Of a stretch of 64,000 bases of DNA, positions 1 to 10,300 are shown in pieces. Positions within the stretch are counted from its first letter, which is position 1; every line of letters starts with the position of its first letter. Source of the stretch: an uncultured bacterium (GTDB taxonomy: Bacteria; Verrucomicrobiota; Verrucomicrobiia; Limisphaerales; UBA8199); NCBI GenBank assembly GCA_963749495.1, contig CAVVMW010000015.1, positions 256,001-320,000 of the forward strand, written 5' to 3'. The notes beneath the pieces were generated by a model. The model made no database searches, was not told the DNA's origin, and worked only from the letters and a program-made list of their open reading frames with translations. The position numbers were made by a program, and so were the translations under genes.

Positions 1-2210
1 TGGCGGATGTCGGCCAGCAGGCGAGCGATTTCCTTTTGTTCTTCACGCGCGAGCGCGTCGCGCCCCAACTCAGCGACTTCCTCGCGGCCCAGAACTTCGC
101 CTTCGGCGTCGGTCGGCTCAGCCTCGGTTTCGTCGTCGGGTTCTTGCAGGCTCATGGGCTGGCCGGTCTGCATGGCCTTGAGGCGGTCCTCGAGGGTCTG
201 TCGGAGCGCGTAGAAGCTGCTGGCAAGGCGGCGGCGGTAGCTGGTCATAACGAAGCCAACCGCGTTCTTCTCTTTCGGCGAGGCTTGGTCATAGGTCGTG
301 GCGATGTAGTTTTCAACGTCGTCGTAAATGCGGGCCTCGTCGGCGGAGAGCTTTATGAACTGGTCCTCCACCTGGCGGTCGGCGATGGGGGTCTTGAGCT
401 TGCCGGCATTGCGGTAGCGGCGGAGCAGGTCGCGGGTGTGCCGGCATATTAGTTTGGCGATGGGTGAATGGGAGCGGATGAGGCGGAGAGCCACGGCGCG
501 CGCCGGGGCGTCCAGTTGGCGGCGCGGAATGGCGGCGGAGTCGCGGAGCGCGGAAAGAATGCGCTTGGCCTGCAGGCCGGTTGTGGCCCCTGCCCGGCGG
601 GCGTCCTGCTCAGTGGCTGTCCCATAGCCTTGCTCGGTGGCGCGGAACATGCCGGCGAGAAATTCCATATCCTCGTGCGAGGGGGATGGTTGGTCCACCG
701 CTTCACAGAATTTAAGAAAGGCGTCCTGATGCCATTCCGGGGGCAAGCCGAGTGTGGAGAGGAGATCCCACACTTCGACGGGGTAAGCCTGCATGGGCGT
801 GGCTGTCAGGAGCAGGAGCGCCTGCGTCCGGTTTTGGAGACGCTGGAGCAGGTCGAGCAGGCGGTTGGGGCGGAGCTGGGCGGCCTGGCCCGGTGACTTG
901 CGCCGGGCGTGGTGGGCCTCGTCAACGATGAGGATCTCCCATGGTTCGGCTTGCTCTACCAGTCCGGCGGCGCGGTCGGGGCGGCGCATGAGGTGGCTGG
1001 ACGCAATGACAAATGGCTCCTTGTGCCAGTCGGCGCGGGCGACGGGTTGCGCGAGTGGGCCGTTGTGTTGGGCGGCTTTGAGCCAGAGGAGTTGGTCGCC
1101 GTCGTAAATGGGCCAATTCAAGTTGAACTTTTCGCGCAACTCGACTTGCCACTGACGGCAGAGACCCGCCGGGGCGAGGATCAGGACGCGACGGGCCTTA
1201 TCCGCCAGCCATGCCTGGCGGATGAGCATTCCGGCCTGGATGGTTTTTCCCAAGCCGACTTCGTCGGCGAGGACCAGACGCGGGGGCCAATTGAAGTACA
1301 GGCGCTGAAAGGCACGAATCTGGTGCGGCCAGGGTTCGATATTTGCGGTGGCTTCGCCAACGCGCTCGCCGCCGTTGGGCATTTTGGGCGCTTCTTTGAT
1401 GAAGGCCCAAACGAGCCGGCGCAAATCGAGCAGGGGTTCGGGCGGAGCGGGTGGCGGCTCTGGCTCCGGCGGCGGTCCAATCTCTATCTTGGCTTCCAGC
1501 TTCTTGAGGCGGGCGGGTTGGTCGCCTTCGGGCAGGAAGCGGAGCAGGTCTTCGCGCGCCGCGTCCGGCACGTCGAGCGTGATGACGTGCTTTGATTCGT
1601 CGGACCAAAGCTTGGCAAAGTTGCTTTCTTCGGCTGCAACGCGGGGGTCGTCGCCAAGCCAGGAGCGGAAGATGTTCAGGCTTTCCCAATTCCGGGTCCA
1701 ACCGGCCTCGGTCTCGTTCAAGCTGCCATTGAACGCGAGGCGGTCGCCGGTCTTGTCTTCAATGATGCCGGCCTTTTCGTGGAAGATGCCTTCCGCCGGG
1801 ATGGGGCGGCGGTGCTCGTCGCATGGCACGGCGACTTTGACTTCGAGGATTTGGTTGGCGACCATCCAGGCGAGCAATTCAAGGGCTTCCACCTCGCGCT
1901 GGCTGCCGGGCTTCAACGGGTTGGCGAGCAGGTGGGCTTTGAGTTGCTCGCGCAATTCCGCGCCTTTGGCGATGGCTTCGACTTCGGGCTGGTGTAGGGT
2001 GCAGCCGACCAGCAGCCGCATTCGGCCGCTGTTGCAAACCAGCCCCTCAATGCCGCGCGCGGCGAGGGTGAGGGCCTTCGCTTGAAAGTAGCCGGTCAGT
2101 CGGTCGTAGCGGACCGCGCACTGCAGCGCCGGGACATAGAGTTGCGTGACGAGGTCGCCGTCATCCGGCGTGTATTTCAGTTTCCAGTCCTTGTCGCAGA
2201 GCAGGCTCAT
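1..2210 (-). CDS. PLD(HKD)-nuclease / SNF2-family helicase fusion (runs off the window edge)
   Basis: Not in the ORF track because it is open at the edge. Manual translation from ATG 2210 gives MSLLCDKDWKLKYTPDDGDL..., a PLD-like IFHEKAGII..NGSLNET motif, then SNF2 motifs LADEVGLGKT, DEAH and TATP. The start overlaps the upstream stop (ATGA). Confidence 0.9.
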   Translation of the reverse strand, partial: MSLLCDKDWKLKYTPDDGDLVTQLYVPALQCAVRYDRLTGYFQAKALTLAARGIEGLVCNSGRMRLLVGCTLHQPEVEAIAKGAELREQLKAHLLANPLKPGSQREVEALELLAWMVANQILEVKVAVPCDEHRRPIPAEGIFHEKAGIIEDKTGDRLAFNGSLNETEAGWTRNWESLNIFRSWLGDDPRVAAEESNFAKLWSDESKHVITLDVPDAAREDLLRFLPEGDQPARLKKLEAKIEIGPPPEPEPPPAPPEPLLDLRRLVWAFIKEAPKMPNGGERVGEATANIEPWPHQIRAFQRLYFNWPPRLVLADEVGLGKTIQAGMLIRQAWLADKARRVLILAPAGLCRQWQVELREKFNLNWPIYDGDQLLWLKAAQHNGPLAQPVARADWHKEPFVIASSHLMRRPDRAAGLVEQAEPWEILIVDEAHHARRKSPGQAAQLRPNRLLDLLQRLQNRTQALLLLTATPMQAYPVEVWDLLSTLGLPPEWHQDAFLKFCEAVDQPSPSHEDMEFLAGMFRATEQGYGTATEQDARRAGATTGLQAKRILSALRDSAAIPRRQLDAPARAVALRLIRSHSPIAKLICRHTRDLLRRYRNAGKLKTPIADRQVEDQFIKLSADEARIYDDVENYIATTYDQASPKEKNAVGFVMTSYRRRLASSFYALRQTLEDRLKAMQTGQPMSLQEPDDETEAEPTDAEGEVLGREEVAELGRDALAREEQKEIARLLADIR

Positions 2211-3142
2211 TTCGCGGCGGCAGGCTGGTTGAGGGCCTGAACACTCAGGAGCTCGTAAACGGGTCGGCCAAAGCCTGAGCGGGTGCGCATTCGAGTCACA
2301 CGCAACTGGGCCTCGGCGGGCTGGTCAACCAACGCCAACATGGCCTTGGCCGCTTCTTCCGTGACCGAATCTGCGAGCACGCCAGAGATGGGCGGCTGGC
2401 CATCCGGATTGAAATCAAACCGCCAGGATTCCAAAAGAACTCCCCGACAAACCCCGCGCAAGCCTATGGTCACCGTCTCCGGTTTGGTCTCCGCAACGCG
2501 AGACTTGGCGGCGCGTACCTGCTCTGTGTTCAATTCGCATTGCCGCGTGGCGCTGCGAACATGTACGCTCGCTTCCTGCGTTTCGAGCGCGTTAAGAAAG
2601 CGCTCCAGGGGCGTCAGGACGCGCGGATGGAATCTCTCCACCGTATCCGTGAACGCGGCATCGCCGCTGGCCGCAGCCTCGACCAGGGACGTTATTTGGT
2701 CCATCGCGTCCGAAAGCTGCGCGGCGGCGATGAAGTCCTCCGCTTGCGGCTGGGCGAGCAGCAGACCGAAGGAACCGCGTGGCAAGGCCGTGAGGCAGAG
2801 CCGGGCCTCATCTTCACCGGCGCGGGGACCACGGCTGCCCACGGCGCCGTGACGCAAGGCGGAGTAGTGGTTGGCCACCATGTCTTGATAGGAATCGAGC
2901 ACTTTGCTGGCGAACTTAGCGTCCAGCCCCAGCGAGCCAATGGCCGGGCCGCCGGCGAAAAGCAGTTCCGCTTCCGGGCGGGCGGGCGGGCGCCTTTCCA
3001 TTTCGGCCAGTTCGTTTTCCAGACCCCGGAGGCGGCTGGCAAGCAGCGGCTTGGCCAGCGGGTCGTCGGGCATGTCGTGCAAGAGCGTTTTCAAACCGAC
3101 TATCTCGGCCTGCCGTTGTTCAAGTTCGCGCAAATAACTCAT
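2207..3142 (-). CDS. Hypothetical protein (~311 aa), partner of the nucleotidyltransferase
   Basis: ORF 2207..3223. The likely start is MSYLRELEQ at 3142, which gives ATGA overlaps at both ends. Helical N-terminus and beta-rich C-terminus. Confidence 0.75.
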   Translation of the reverse strand: MSYLRELEQRQAEIVGLKTLLHDMPDDPLAKPLLASRLRGLENELAEMERRPPARPEAELLFAGGPAIGSLGLDAKFASKVLDSYQDMVANHYSALRHGAVGSRGPRAGEDEARLCLTALPRGSFGLLLAQPQAEDFIAAAQLSDAMDQITSLVEAAASGDAAFTDTVERFHPRVLTPLERFLNALETQEASVHVRSATRQCELNTEQVRAAKSRVAETKPETVTIGLRGVCRGVLLESWRFDFNPDGQPPISGVLADSVTEEAAKAMLALVDQPAEAQLRVTRMRTRSGFGRPVYELLSVQALNQPAAAK

Positions 3143-3726
3143 GTTGTCCTCGTTCGAATGGAATTGGCCGCCTGCACGTCCTCGGCGCCCGTATCCAACG
3201 GTAACTGTAGCATACCCTTCCAAACGTCATCGCTCCGACGGTGGGAAAAGAGGCCAAACCAGTAGCGCACATCGTCCACCAGGCGTCGGGCATCCGCCAA
3301 GCGGTCAGGCGTCGCGGCCAAGGGAACCAAAATGTGGTCCACGTGGAAACGCTGCTTGGTGGCATCCCGGTCGGCAAGCACGGGCAGGAGCGCGGCAACG
3401 GGTGGAGGCGGATTCAAGGGCGGCGGGATGGGCAGGAAGAAAGTCACAACGTCAATGTCGTTCGGGGCGCGCCCGCGCGTTTTCTCTGCGTTTTCCGCGA
3501 AGCTGCCATCGAGCCATTGGAAACCCGAAGTAATGCCCAACTGCCGCAGGACGTCCCGAAGCTCGAAAAAGCCCACGAGGATTTGCCGCCGCTCATCGGT
3601 TGTGCCGAGCTTGGCGCAAAGCTCCATGCTGGTGCACGGATACGGCGACATGTGGGCGCGGTTCGCGGCGTGGTCGCCCACGTGCGGCGGCAGCACACCG
3701 TTATGGTCGAAATCCGGTATCGGCAT
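3139..3726 (-). CDS. Minimal Pol-beta-superfamily nucleotidyltransferase (DUF6932-like)
   Basis: MPIPDFDHNGVLPP start, then WLDGSF followed by PNDIDVV (GS + DxD signature). Confidence 0.75.
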   Translation of the reverse strand: MPIPDFDHNGVLPPHVGDHAANRAHMSPYPCTSMELCAKLGTTDERRQILVGFFELRDVLRQLGITSGFQWLDGSFAENAEKTRGRAPNDIDVVTFFLPIPPPLNPPPPVAALLPVLADRDATKQRFHVDHILVPLAATPDRLADARRLVDDVRYWFGLFSHRRSDDVWKGMLQLPLDTGAEDVQAANSIRTRTT

Positions 3727-3729
3727 AGG

Positions 3730-6700
3730 TCACTGCTTCGCGTTTTCCTTCCACAACTCAAGCTGCTCCGGCGCTTCCACGCGGTCGGTGAACGCCAGAC
3801 GGCGCAATTTTTCCAAGGCGTCGAAATCGTTGCCGGCGCCAGCTACGTCGTCAGGCAGTTCGAAGTTGCTGAATGCGGTGCCGACGGGCAGGACTTCCAG
3901 CACGGCTTGCATGGCCGTGGCGAGATTGGAGTCCGTCAGCACCCCGGCGCGCTCCAGCAACTCGCGGCCCGCCTCCACGGTCTTCGTGCGGGCCTGGTGC
4001 GCGGCGTGGTGGAGCGCGTCAATCATGCCGCTGGAACCGTCCGCCCCGCCGAGGGCGCTTTTGGCGGCGCGCTGGGCGCTGTCCCACATCGTGAGGTCTG
4101 AGCCTTTCTTCTGGCACAGAGTACCGACGATGTCTCTGTCGAGATCCACGCCAACGGCGCGGGCCAGGCGCAGTGCTTCGTCGTAGGGGAAGACGGGCGC
4201 TTGGAAGGCGTCCCAAGCAAGGACGAACCAAGATGTGCGCGCGTCAAGCTCGGTGCTGGCTCGTTTGTGGGTAAGTTGCTCAAGCCGCCAACGCTTGACC
4301 TCGCGGCGGGCGGCGTCGAGCGCGTCCTCGGGCGAGACCGCGTAGGGGTCCCATTCTTCTTCCCAAAGTTCTTTCTGGGCAGCGCGCCGTGAGGCCGGCC
4401 TCGGCTTTGGCGTGCCTCGGGTGAGAGGCCAGAACTCGGAGAATTTTTGCAGGGCCGGACCAAAGCTGGCCAGGTAAAGATCAACGCCGCGAATTCCGCT
4501 TTTCTGGAACTCGGCCACGCGGTCGCGGACGGCTTGTGCGACGAGCGGCTCCACGTCTTCCCAGTACCTGGTTTCGCCGCCGCTGGGCGCCGTAACGCGG
4601 GGGCGGCAGGCAAGGAAAATGGTGCTGTTCGCGGCGGCTTTGTCCTTGATGTGCATGCTGCTCTCCGCCTCGGTGTTGATTGGCCAGCTTGCTGTGATGG
4701 TAAAGCGGGCTTCCATCAGGCCCTTCGTGAGAGCATCCCAAGCGCCTGTGGCCTTGTGGGTGAACATTAGGGTCATGATGCCGTCCGGCTTAAGCACGCG
4801 GCGGCATTCGGCGAAGATGGCGGCCATGCGCTCCTGATAATCGCGCCCGGCAAGGGCCTTGGCGCGTTTCTGGTTTCGGAACTTGGCTCGGTTAGCGACA
4901 GCCTCGTTCTCCTTGTCGGTCAAGTGACGGCGAAATAACTCAGGTAGGACCTTCCCGGCGGTACGCTTGAGCCAGACGTAAAAGAAATCGGAGAGCTCCG
5001 CGTACATGACATTATCGTAGTAGGGCGGATCCATCACTATGCAATCTACGCTTCCGCCGTCCAGATGGTCGAGCGCGTCTGCGGATTTGCAGGTTACGGT
5101 GATCGGTGGGGGCGTCCAAGGGAAAAGGCTCTCGGTACCTGAGCCGCATCGTGCCTCGTGTGGCTGGATTAGCTGGACGAGTTCTTTGATGCATTTGGCG
5201 GTCTGGTCGATTGCCCAGTCGCGCTCGACGCCGGCAATTAGCACTGACATTTCCGCATGGGAGGAAGAGAATGAAAAATCGTGGCGGTTGAATGTGTTTG
5301 CCACGACCTCGCGAATTGCCATCCACACGGACTTACGCGAGTTGTAGTTCAGCATTTTGTCGAGTGTGAGTGCGAGGTAGCAGAAAGCGGCCCTGACTAC
5401 ATCGTCGGGTTCTGCGTCGGCTTTTTCATTGTCAAGTAGCTCACGGAAGATACTTACCGCCTCCAGGTGTCCTAGGAGTTGTCGCGGGGCAAACTGGTCG
5501 CGCCAGAGTGGCATCCCATACTGAAGGGGCCGGTCGTCGTTGGCGCCCTGGGGGAAGGATTCGTTTGGTGCAATGTCCATTGCTTCCCACTCTGGCAACT
5601 TCTCGGCTAGGCGGGCTGCAACGAAGGCGCTGTTGTCGTCTTCTGGGCGAGGCGAACGGTACTGGCGCTCCCACTTGTCAAGCGTCTTTCCGTTCTTCCT
5701 TTTTGTTGGGATGCGGCGTTTGAAGACGACCGTGTAGAGTTGCTGACCCATTTGGCCTGCCTGGGCCTGTCGCTTGATTTCCTCTCCCTCAATGACTCGG
5801 CCGCAATCTGGGAAGGGACAGTGTGCATCTCCATCTGCAACCGTGCCCGCGGAGTGGTCAACCGCTTTGTAAACGATTTCGAATTCGCAGAAGCGTTTTG
5901 CTGCCTGTTTTTCGCAGTGCGGCAGCAACCGGATGCCTTTGCCATCCGGTGCCAACCGCCAGTTGGGTGAGAGGGGCACAAGCCCCTCGCAATATGGGCA
6001 ACGAACCGTCCTTGCCCACAGGTAGTTGGTTGGGATGCAGTCTGGCTCCGGCTCTGGCGGGAAGAACGGTGCCAGGCGCTCTTCTCGCATGGCCACAAAC
6101 TTTTCAGTGATTCTGCGGTACTCTTCGACCAGCTTTGGGCCGAATCTTGCCGGCCATTCTACCGTGGCCTTCTCGATGAGCGCGGCCACCGGATTTAGGT
6201 CATTGCTCACTGTACCGAAGCCTAGTCTGACTGCCTCAAATGGTATGCTGGCCCCTCCGGCTGTTGGGTCTAAAACGAGAAGTTGCTGGCCCTGCGAGAG
6301 CCTGGCGGTGTTGCGGATCCAGTCGCGGTCATCTGCCGTTGGTGAGTAGCTGAAAGCGCGCTCATAGCTGTATGCTTCGCCTTCGAACCAGACGCCGGTG
6401 CGACGCGCCTGGAGTATCTTTCTCTTGCTTTCGACTGGGTCGCCGTGAATCCCAAGGACGTGAGTGAACTTCTCGCGGTCAGCTTCGGCGGGCAGGACCG
6501 ATGCCAGAATTGCCGCTCGTGAGGCTACAAGTGGGCGTCTTGCCCACCAGACATGAAGATAGTAGGTCGGCGGCAGCGCCGTCATGGATCTGCGTTCACG
6601 AATGCTTTCCTCGCCTATTTCCGCGATTGGCAGCCACCGTTCGATCAGGCGGGTGTCATTCGGTTGGGAGTTGTTTGCGTCGGCTACGGGACTTTGGGCC

Positions 6701-6738
6701 GCAACGGTGGGCGCTGGGGATTGCTGGGTGGCGATCAC
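3730..6738 (-). CDS. DUF1156-type amino-DNA methyltransferase with Zn ribbon
   Basis: LHVWWARRPL, SAM-binding DPTAGGASIP, CPYC...CPFPDC and catalytic DPPY motifs; 1002 aa. Confidence 0.9.
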   Translation of the reverse strand: MIATQQSPAPTVAAQSPVADANNSQPNDTRLIERWLPIAEIGEESIRERRSMTALPPTYYLHVWWARRPLVASRAAILASVLPAEADREKFTHVLGIHGDPVESKRKILQARRTGVWFEGEAYSYERAFSYSPTADDRDWIRNTARLSQGQQLLVLDPTAGGASIPFEAVRLGFGTVSNDLNPVAALIEKATVEWPARFGPKLVEEYRRITEKFVAMREERLAPFFPPEPEPDCIPTNYLWARTVRCPYCEGLVPLSPNWRLAPDGKGIRLLPHCEKQAAKRFCEFEIVYKAVDHSAGTVADGDAHCPFPDCGRVIEGEEIKRQAQAGQMGQQLYTVVFKRRIPTKRKNGKTLDKWERQYRSPRPEDDNSAFVAARLAEKLPEWEAMDIAPNESFPQGANDDRPLQYGMPLWRDQFAPRQLLGHLEAVSIFRELLDNEKADAEPDDVVRAAFCYLALTLDKMLNYNSRKSVWMAIREVVANTFNRHDFSFSSSHAEMSVLIAGVERDWAIDQTAKCIKELVQLIQPHEARCGSGTESLFPWTPPPITVTCKSADALDHLDGGSVDCIVMDPPYYDNVMYAELSDFFYVWLKRTAGKVLPELFRRHLTDKENEAVANRAKFRNQKRAKALAGRDYQERMAAIFAECRRVLKPDGIMTLMFTHKATGAWDALTKGLMEARFTITASWPINTEAESSMHIKDKAAANSTIFLACRPRVTAPSGGETRYWEDVEPLVAQAVRDRVAEFQKSGIRGVDLYLASFGPALQKFSEFWPLTRGTPKPRPASRRAAQKELWEEEWDPYAVSPEDALDAARREVKRWRLEQLTHKRASTELDARTSWFVLAWDAFQAPVFPYDEALRLARAVGVDLDRDIVGTLCQKKGSDLTMWDSAQRAAKSALGGADGSSGMIDALHHAAHQARTKTVEAGRELLERAGVLTDSNLATAMQAVLEVLPVGTAFSNFELPDDVAGAGNDFDALEKLRRLAFTDRVEAPEQLELWKENAKQ

Positions 6739-6742
6739 AGGT

Positions 6743-7306
6743 TCATCGGTAGGCAGGCACTTGTCTGGGCTTGGGTGAGGTCAACAGGAAGCGGAGCGCC
6801 ATGAGGACGCGGCGCGGATTCTTGCGGTGCATGGCCATGCCAAGCCAATAGGATGCTTCTTCTTTGCCCATCGCCTCGATCCCTTCGATCACGGCGCGGA
6901 GGTTGTCGCGGCTGCGCATGGGAGCCAGGGCGCGAAAGAGAAGGGCGAGGGGGAGCGCGGTTTCTTCGGGCAGCGGCCAGGCGCGCGGCAGTCGGAGTTC
7001 TGGGGTCTCGAACTGGGTGCCGGTTTGTTTGAGTCTGCGCGTGACGCGGTGCTCGACCAGTTCCAGGTTACGACCGCGCAGCCCGGCAAGGCGCGCGGGC
7101 GCAGTGAGGTGCGGAGTAGCGGGCGAGGGCAGTTGCCAGACTTCCAACTCGGTGTCGGCGGGGCCGAAATAGCGGGCGCGCAGTTCGTAGCGTGGCAGCG
7201 CGAGGGCTGGGTCGGCTGGGGCTCGGCGTGAGACAGGGCGCAAGCGTCCATTGTTGGATGGCAAGGGGTCGCGAAGCATTGGTTTTCTTTCGGCTCTGGC
7301 TCTCAC
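6743..7306 (-). CDS. Small accessory protein at the position DUF3780 occupies in DUF499/DUF1156 operons
   Basis: 187-aa ORF with GTGA overlap to the ATPase; C-terminal EEASYWLGMAMHRKNPRRVLMALR. Confidence 0.7.
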   Translation of the reverse strand: MRARAERKPMLRDPLPSNNGRLRPVSRRAPADPALALPRYELRARYFGPADTELEVWQLPSPATPHLTAPARLAGLRGRNLELVEHRVTRRLKQTGTQFETPELRLPRAWPLPEETALPLALLFRALAPMRSRDNLRAVIEGIEAMGKEEASYWLGMAMHRKNPRRVLMALRFLLTSPKPRQVPAYR

Positions 7307-10300
7307 GGGGTCGCCTCCGCTGTGGCGGTCACGTAAGCCGCGCCGCTGGCGAACTTGGCGAGCCGCTCCGTGAGCTTCTCGGCGGCGTCACCGGCCAGCG
7401 GGAGGCCCGGATTAAAGGTGAGGATGAAGGTTGCCTGCACGTCGCGTTCGCGGGCGGCGTTCAACTGCGGGACAAGGAAGTCCTTGACCGGGAGAGCATC
7501 GCTGGGCTGCCCCGTAAACTCAAGCTGCATCTCGCCGCCTTCCTGGGTGACGTAACCGCCTTTGAGTTTGGTTTGTTTGGTGCAACTTTTCTCGGCGTTG
7601 ACGCTGCCTAACATGCGGAAGGCGTCCGTTGCGTCAAAGAGGCGGACGCTCAAAACGTTGACTCTGGCGAATTTGGCGTTGCGGACCTTCTCCCAAAGCT
7701 CTCTTAGCGCGCCTTTAAGGACCCCCTCGGCGGTGATTGCGCCGGGCGGAGGAGGTGGCGGCGGTTGGGTGGGCGGCGGTTCGGGTGGCTGCTCCTGGAT
7801 TTCGCTCGGCTTCTGCGCTGGCGCGGGCGCGGGCCTCGGCCAGATGCCCTTTTCCTTTGCGAACTGCATTGTGAAGACGAACGATTGCTCGTCAATGATA
7901 ACGCTGGCCATCGGGTCGCCGGGGCCGCAGAGCAGTTCGCCACGCCGGTAGATGTAGTCGCCCTGCTGGATGCCCTGGGTTACAGCACGGATGAGAACGG
8001 AGTCGCTGGCGTGAATGGAAAGGGCGGGATCTTTGCGGAATTCATCCCGCAATGCCGCAGTGGAAATCTGGCCTTTTTTTAGGGGGGTGCGGTCGCGGAT
8101 GTAGCCTGGGGACTCGGCTGGGTCCTCGGAAAGGCGGAGTTTCTGGTTAGCGTTGTCGCGGAGGGTGCGGACGATCTGCTGCTGGCCGCTGCCGGGGCGC
8201 TCGGATGCGCTGTCAATGTCAACAGCGGCGTGGGCCAGGTCCACAGGGCTGCTTGGCATGCGCTGGCGCGAGGGGTAGAAGACGTGCCGGTAGCATTGCT
8301 GGATGGAAATTGCTGCATCCGCCTCTGACTTCGACTCCAATTCGCGGACCTTACGCTGCTGGTGCTCGGCGAGTTCGGCGATGCGCTCGGCTTTGATGAG
8401 TTCCTTGAGTGCGAGCCGGCGGACGATCTTCTTGCGCATTTCATTAATGCGGGTTTCGTCGGCAACGACGAAAACCAGGTGGTTGCGCAGGCCGCGCAAG
8501 CCTGCGCCGTCGGCGCCCTTACGCTCGAAAATACTGGCGATGAGGTTGGGCACAGTGTCGGCGGTCGCGCCAACGGCAGTGCCGTCGAAGGACATGACGG
8601 CGAGGCGCGGGCGGCCATTCCCTGCGTCATCGTCAACATCCCAGGGGCCGGCGGGGAATGGGACCATTTCAAAGACGGAACTGGATGTGCCGCCGAAAAT
8701 TGTTTTGATGCGGTCGTTTAAATCGGCGCGGGCCTGGCCGGAATCCACGTTTCCTTCCTCGCGGCGGATGATTTGGGTGAGGTTGGCCTCGGCCAGGAAC
8801 CGCAGCGGCACGCCGGGGCGGTCGTCGAGGTAGGCGGATTCGTCGCGGAAGCGTTTCCAAGCGGCGTCGATGAAGCTGATGTCGAAGGCGGGGCCGAGGA
8901 CGGAGAAACGTAGCCGCTCGGGCGAGAGGCCCTTCAATTGGTCATTGAAGGCGAGGCTGTGGAGGAAAACGGTGCGTGCGGTATACGTGGCGTACGGGGC
9001 AAGACCGGCGTAGTTTTTCTTGTCGATGTCCACGGCGAGGGGTTTTTTCATGCCGCCAATGATGTCGTGGTTTACCGCTGGAATGAATTCGGTGCGCCCG
9101 AGCTTGGTGAAAATCTCCTGGCGGATGGGTTCGAAGCCGAGATCGACATGGTGCAGGTGGATGGCGGTCGCGCCGGCGGGGCGGGTGGCCGAAAGCTGGG
9201 CGATGGTGCGAGCGAGCAGGCGGAGCATGCCGCGCACTCGTTGGAAATTGGCGAGGGTGGCAGTCTTGGTGGTGAGCGTCTCAAGGACTTCGGGATGCAG
9301 GGGATAACTGGCGCGGAAGGCTTCGCTGGTTTCTGGTCGGTTTGAGTCGGGTGGGAGCACTTCCTTGTTGGCGAGCCAGAGTGAGCGGTATGCCTCAATG
9401 GCGGGGGTTGCCTTGCCCTTGTCTATCCTGGCAAAGAGGCGGCGGAGGAGAACTTGAACGGTCTCGTAGTCCTCTGTCGGATTGAGGAGGGTTGCCTTGC
9501 GAGCGGAAATGCTCTCCGCCTCGGCCATCTTATCGGCGATAAATTGGTTTTCGGTGCTGTAGGCGTCGCTGGCCTTGCCCTCCTTGCCGATGGCGAGGGT
9601 GTAAACCAGGGCGACGCGGGGATTGCTCTCGACGGCCTTGAACAGGGACGTGAGGAAGGCGCTCAATTGCTCCCCGGCAGCGGTGCCGTGAAGGTTGCGT
9701 GCCTTCCGCAGATAAACGGAGAGCTCGTCCAGGAGGATGAGGGATGGCTCGCCGCCGAACAATTCGGCGAGGGTCTCGGCGCCAGGGGCCGTGTGGGTCT
9801 CGTCGCTCTTGCGGAGCCGGTCATAGCCGGCCTTGCCGGCGAGTGTGTAGGCGAGTTCGCCCCAAGGCGTGTGGGCAAGGATGCCGTCGCCCATGCTGCG
9901 CCCGTTTGCAGGGTCGGCGTTCTCGCCGTCAAAGGCGGCGATGCGGATTTTGCCGGTGGGAACGAGCTTCGGGTCGAGAAACTCAGCGACATCGGCAACG
10001 CCTTTCATGCCGTTGGCGGCGTGGGTCAGGGCGATAAGGCCGTGGGTCTTGCCGCCGCCATAGCTGGTATCGAGTCGGAAGATTGCGGCGACGGCGGCGC
10101 TGTCGCCCGTGAGCCGGCCCATGACATTGCGGAGCAGGTTTTGGAGGCCCTGCGTTGGGAAGGTGTTGGCGAAAAAACGGTCTGGTTTCTGGTAGTCGTC
10201 TGATGCGATGCCGCGAATGACTTTGGCCAGATCGGCGGCGAAATCAGCGTCGGCGATCGTTCCGGTGTGGACGTCCCCACGAGGCTCGCAGGTGTCGAAA

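Noticed and set aside
36..2085. Plus-strand ORFs over the first 2 kb
   Set aside because: They are antisense shadows of the minus-strand helicase, which carries all the recognisable motifs.
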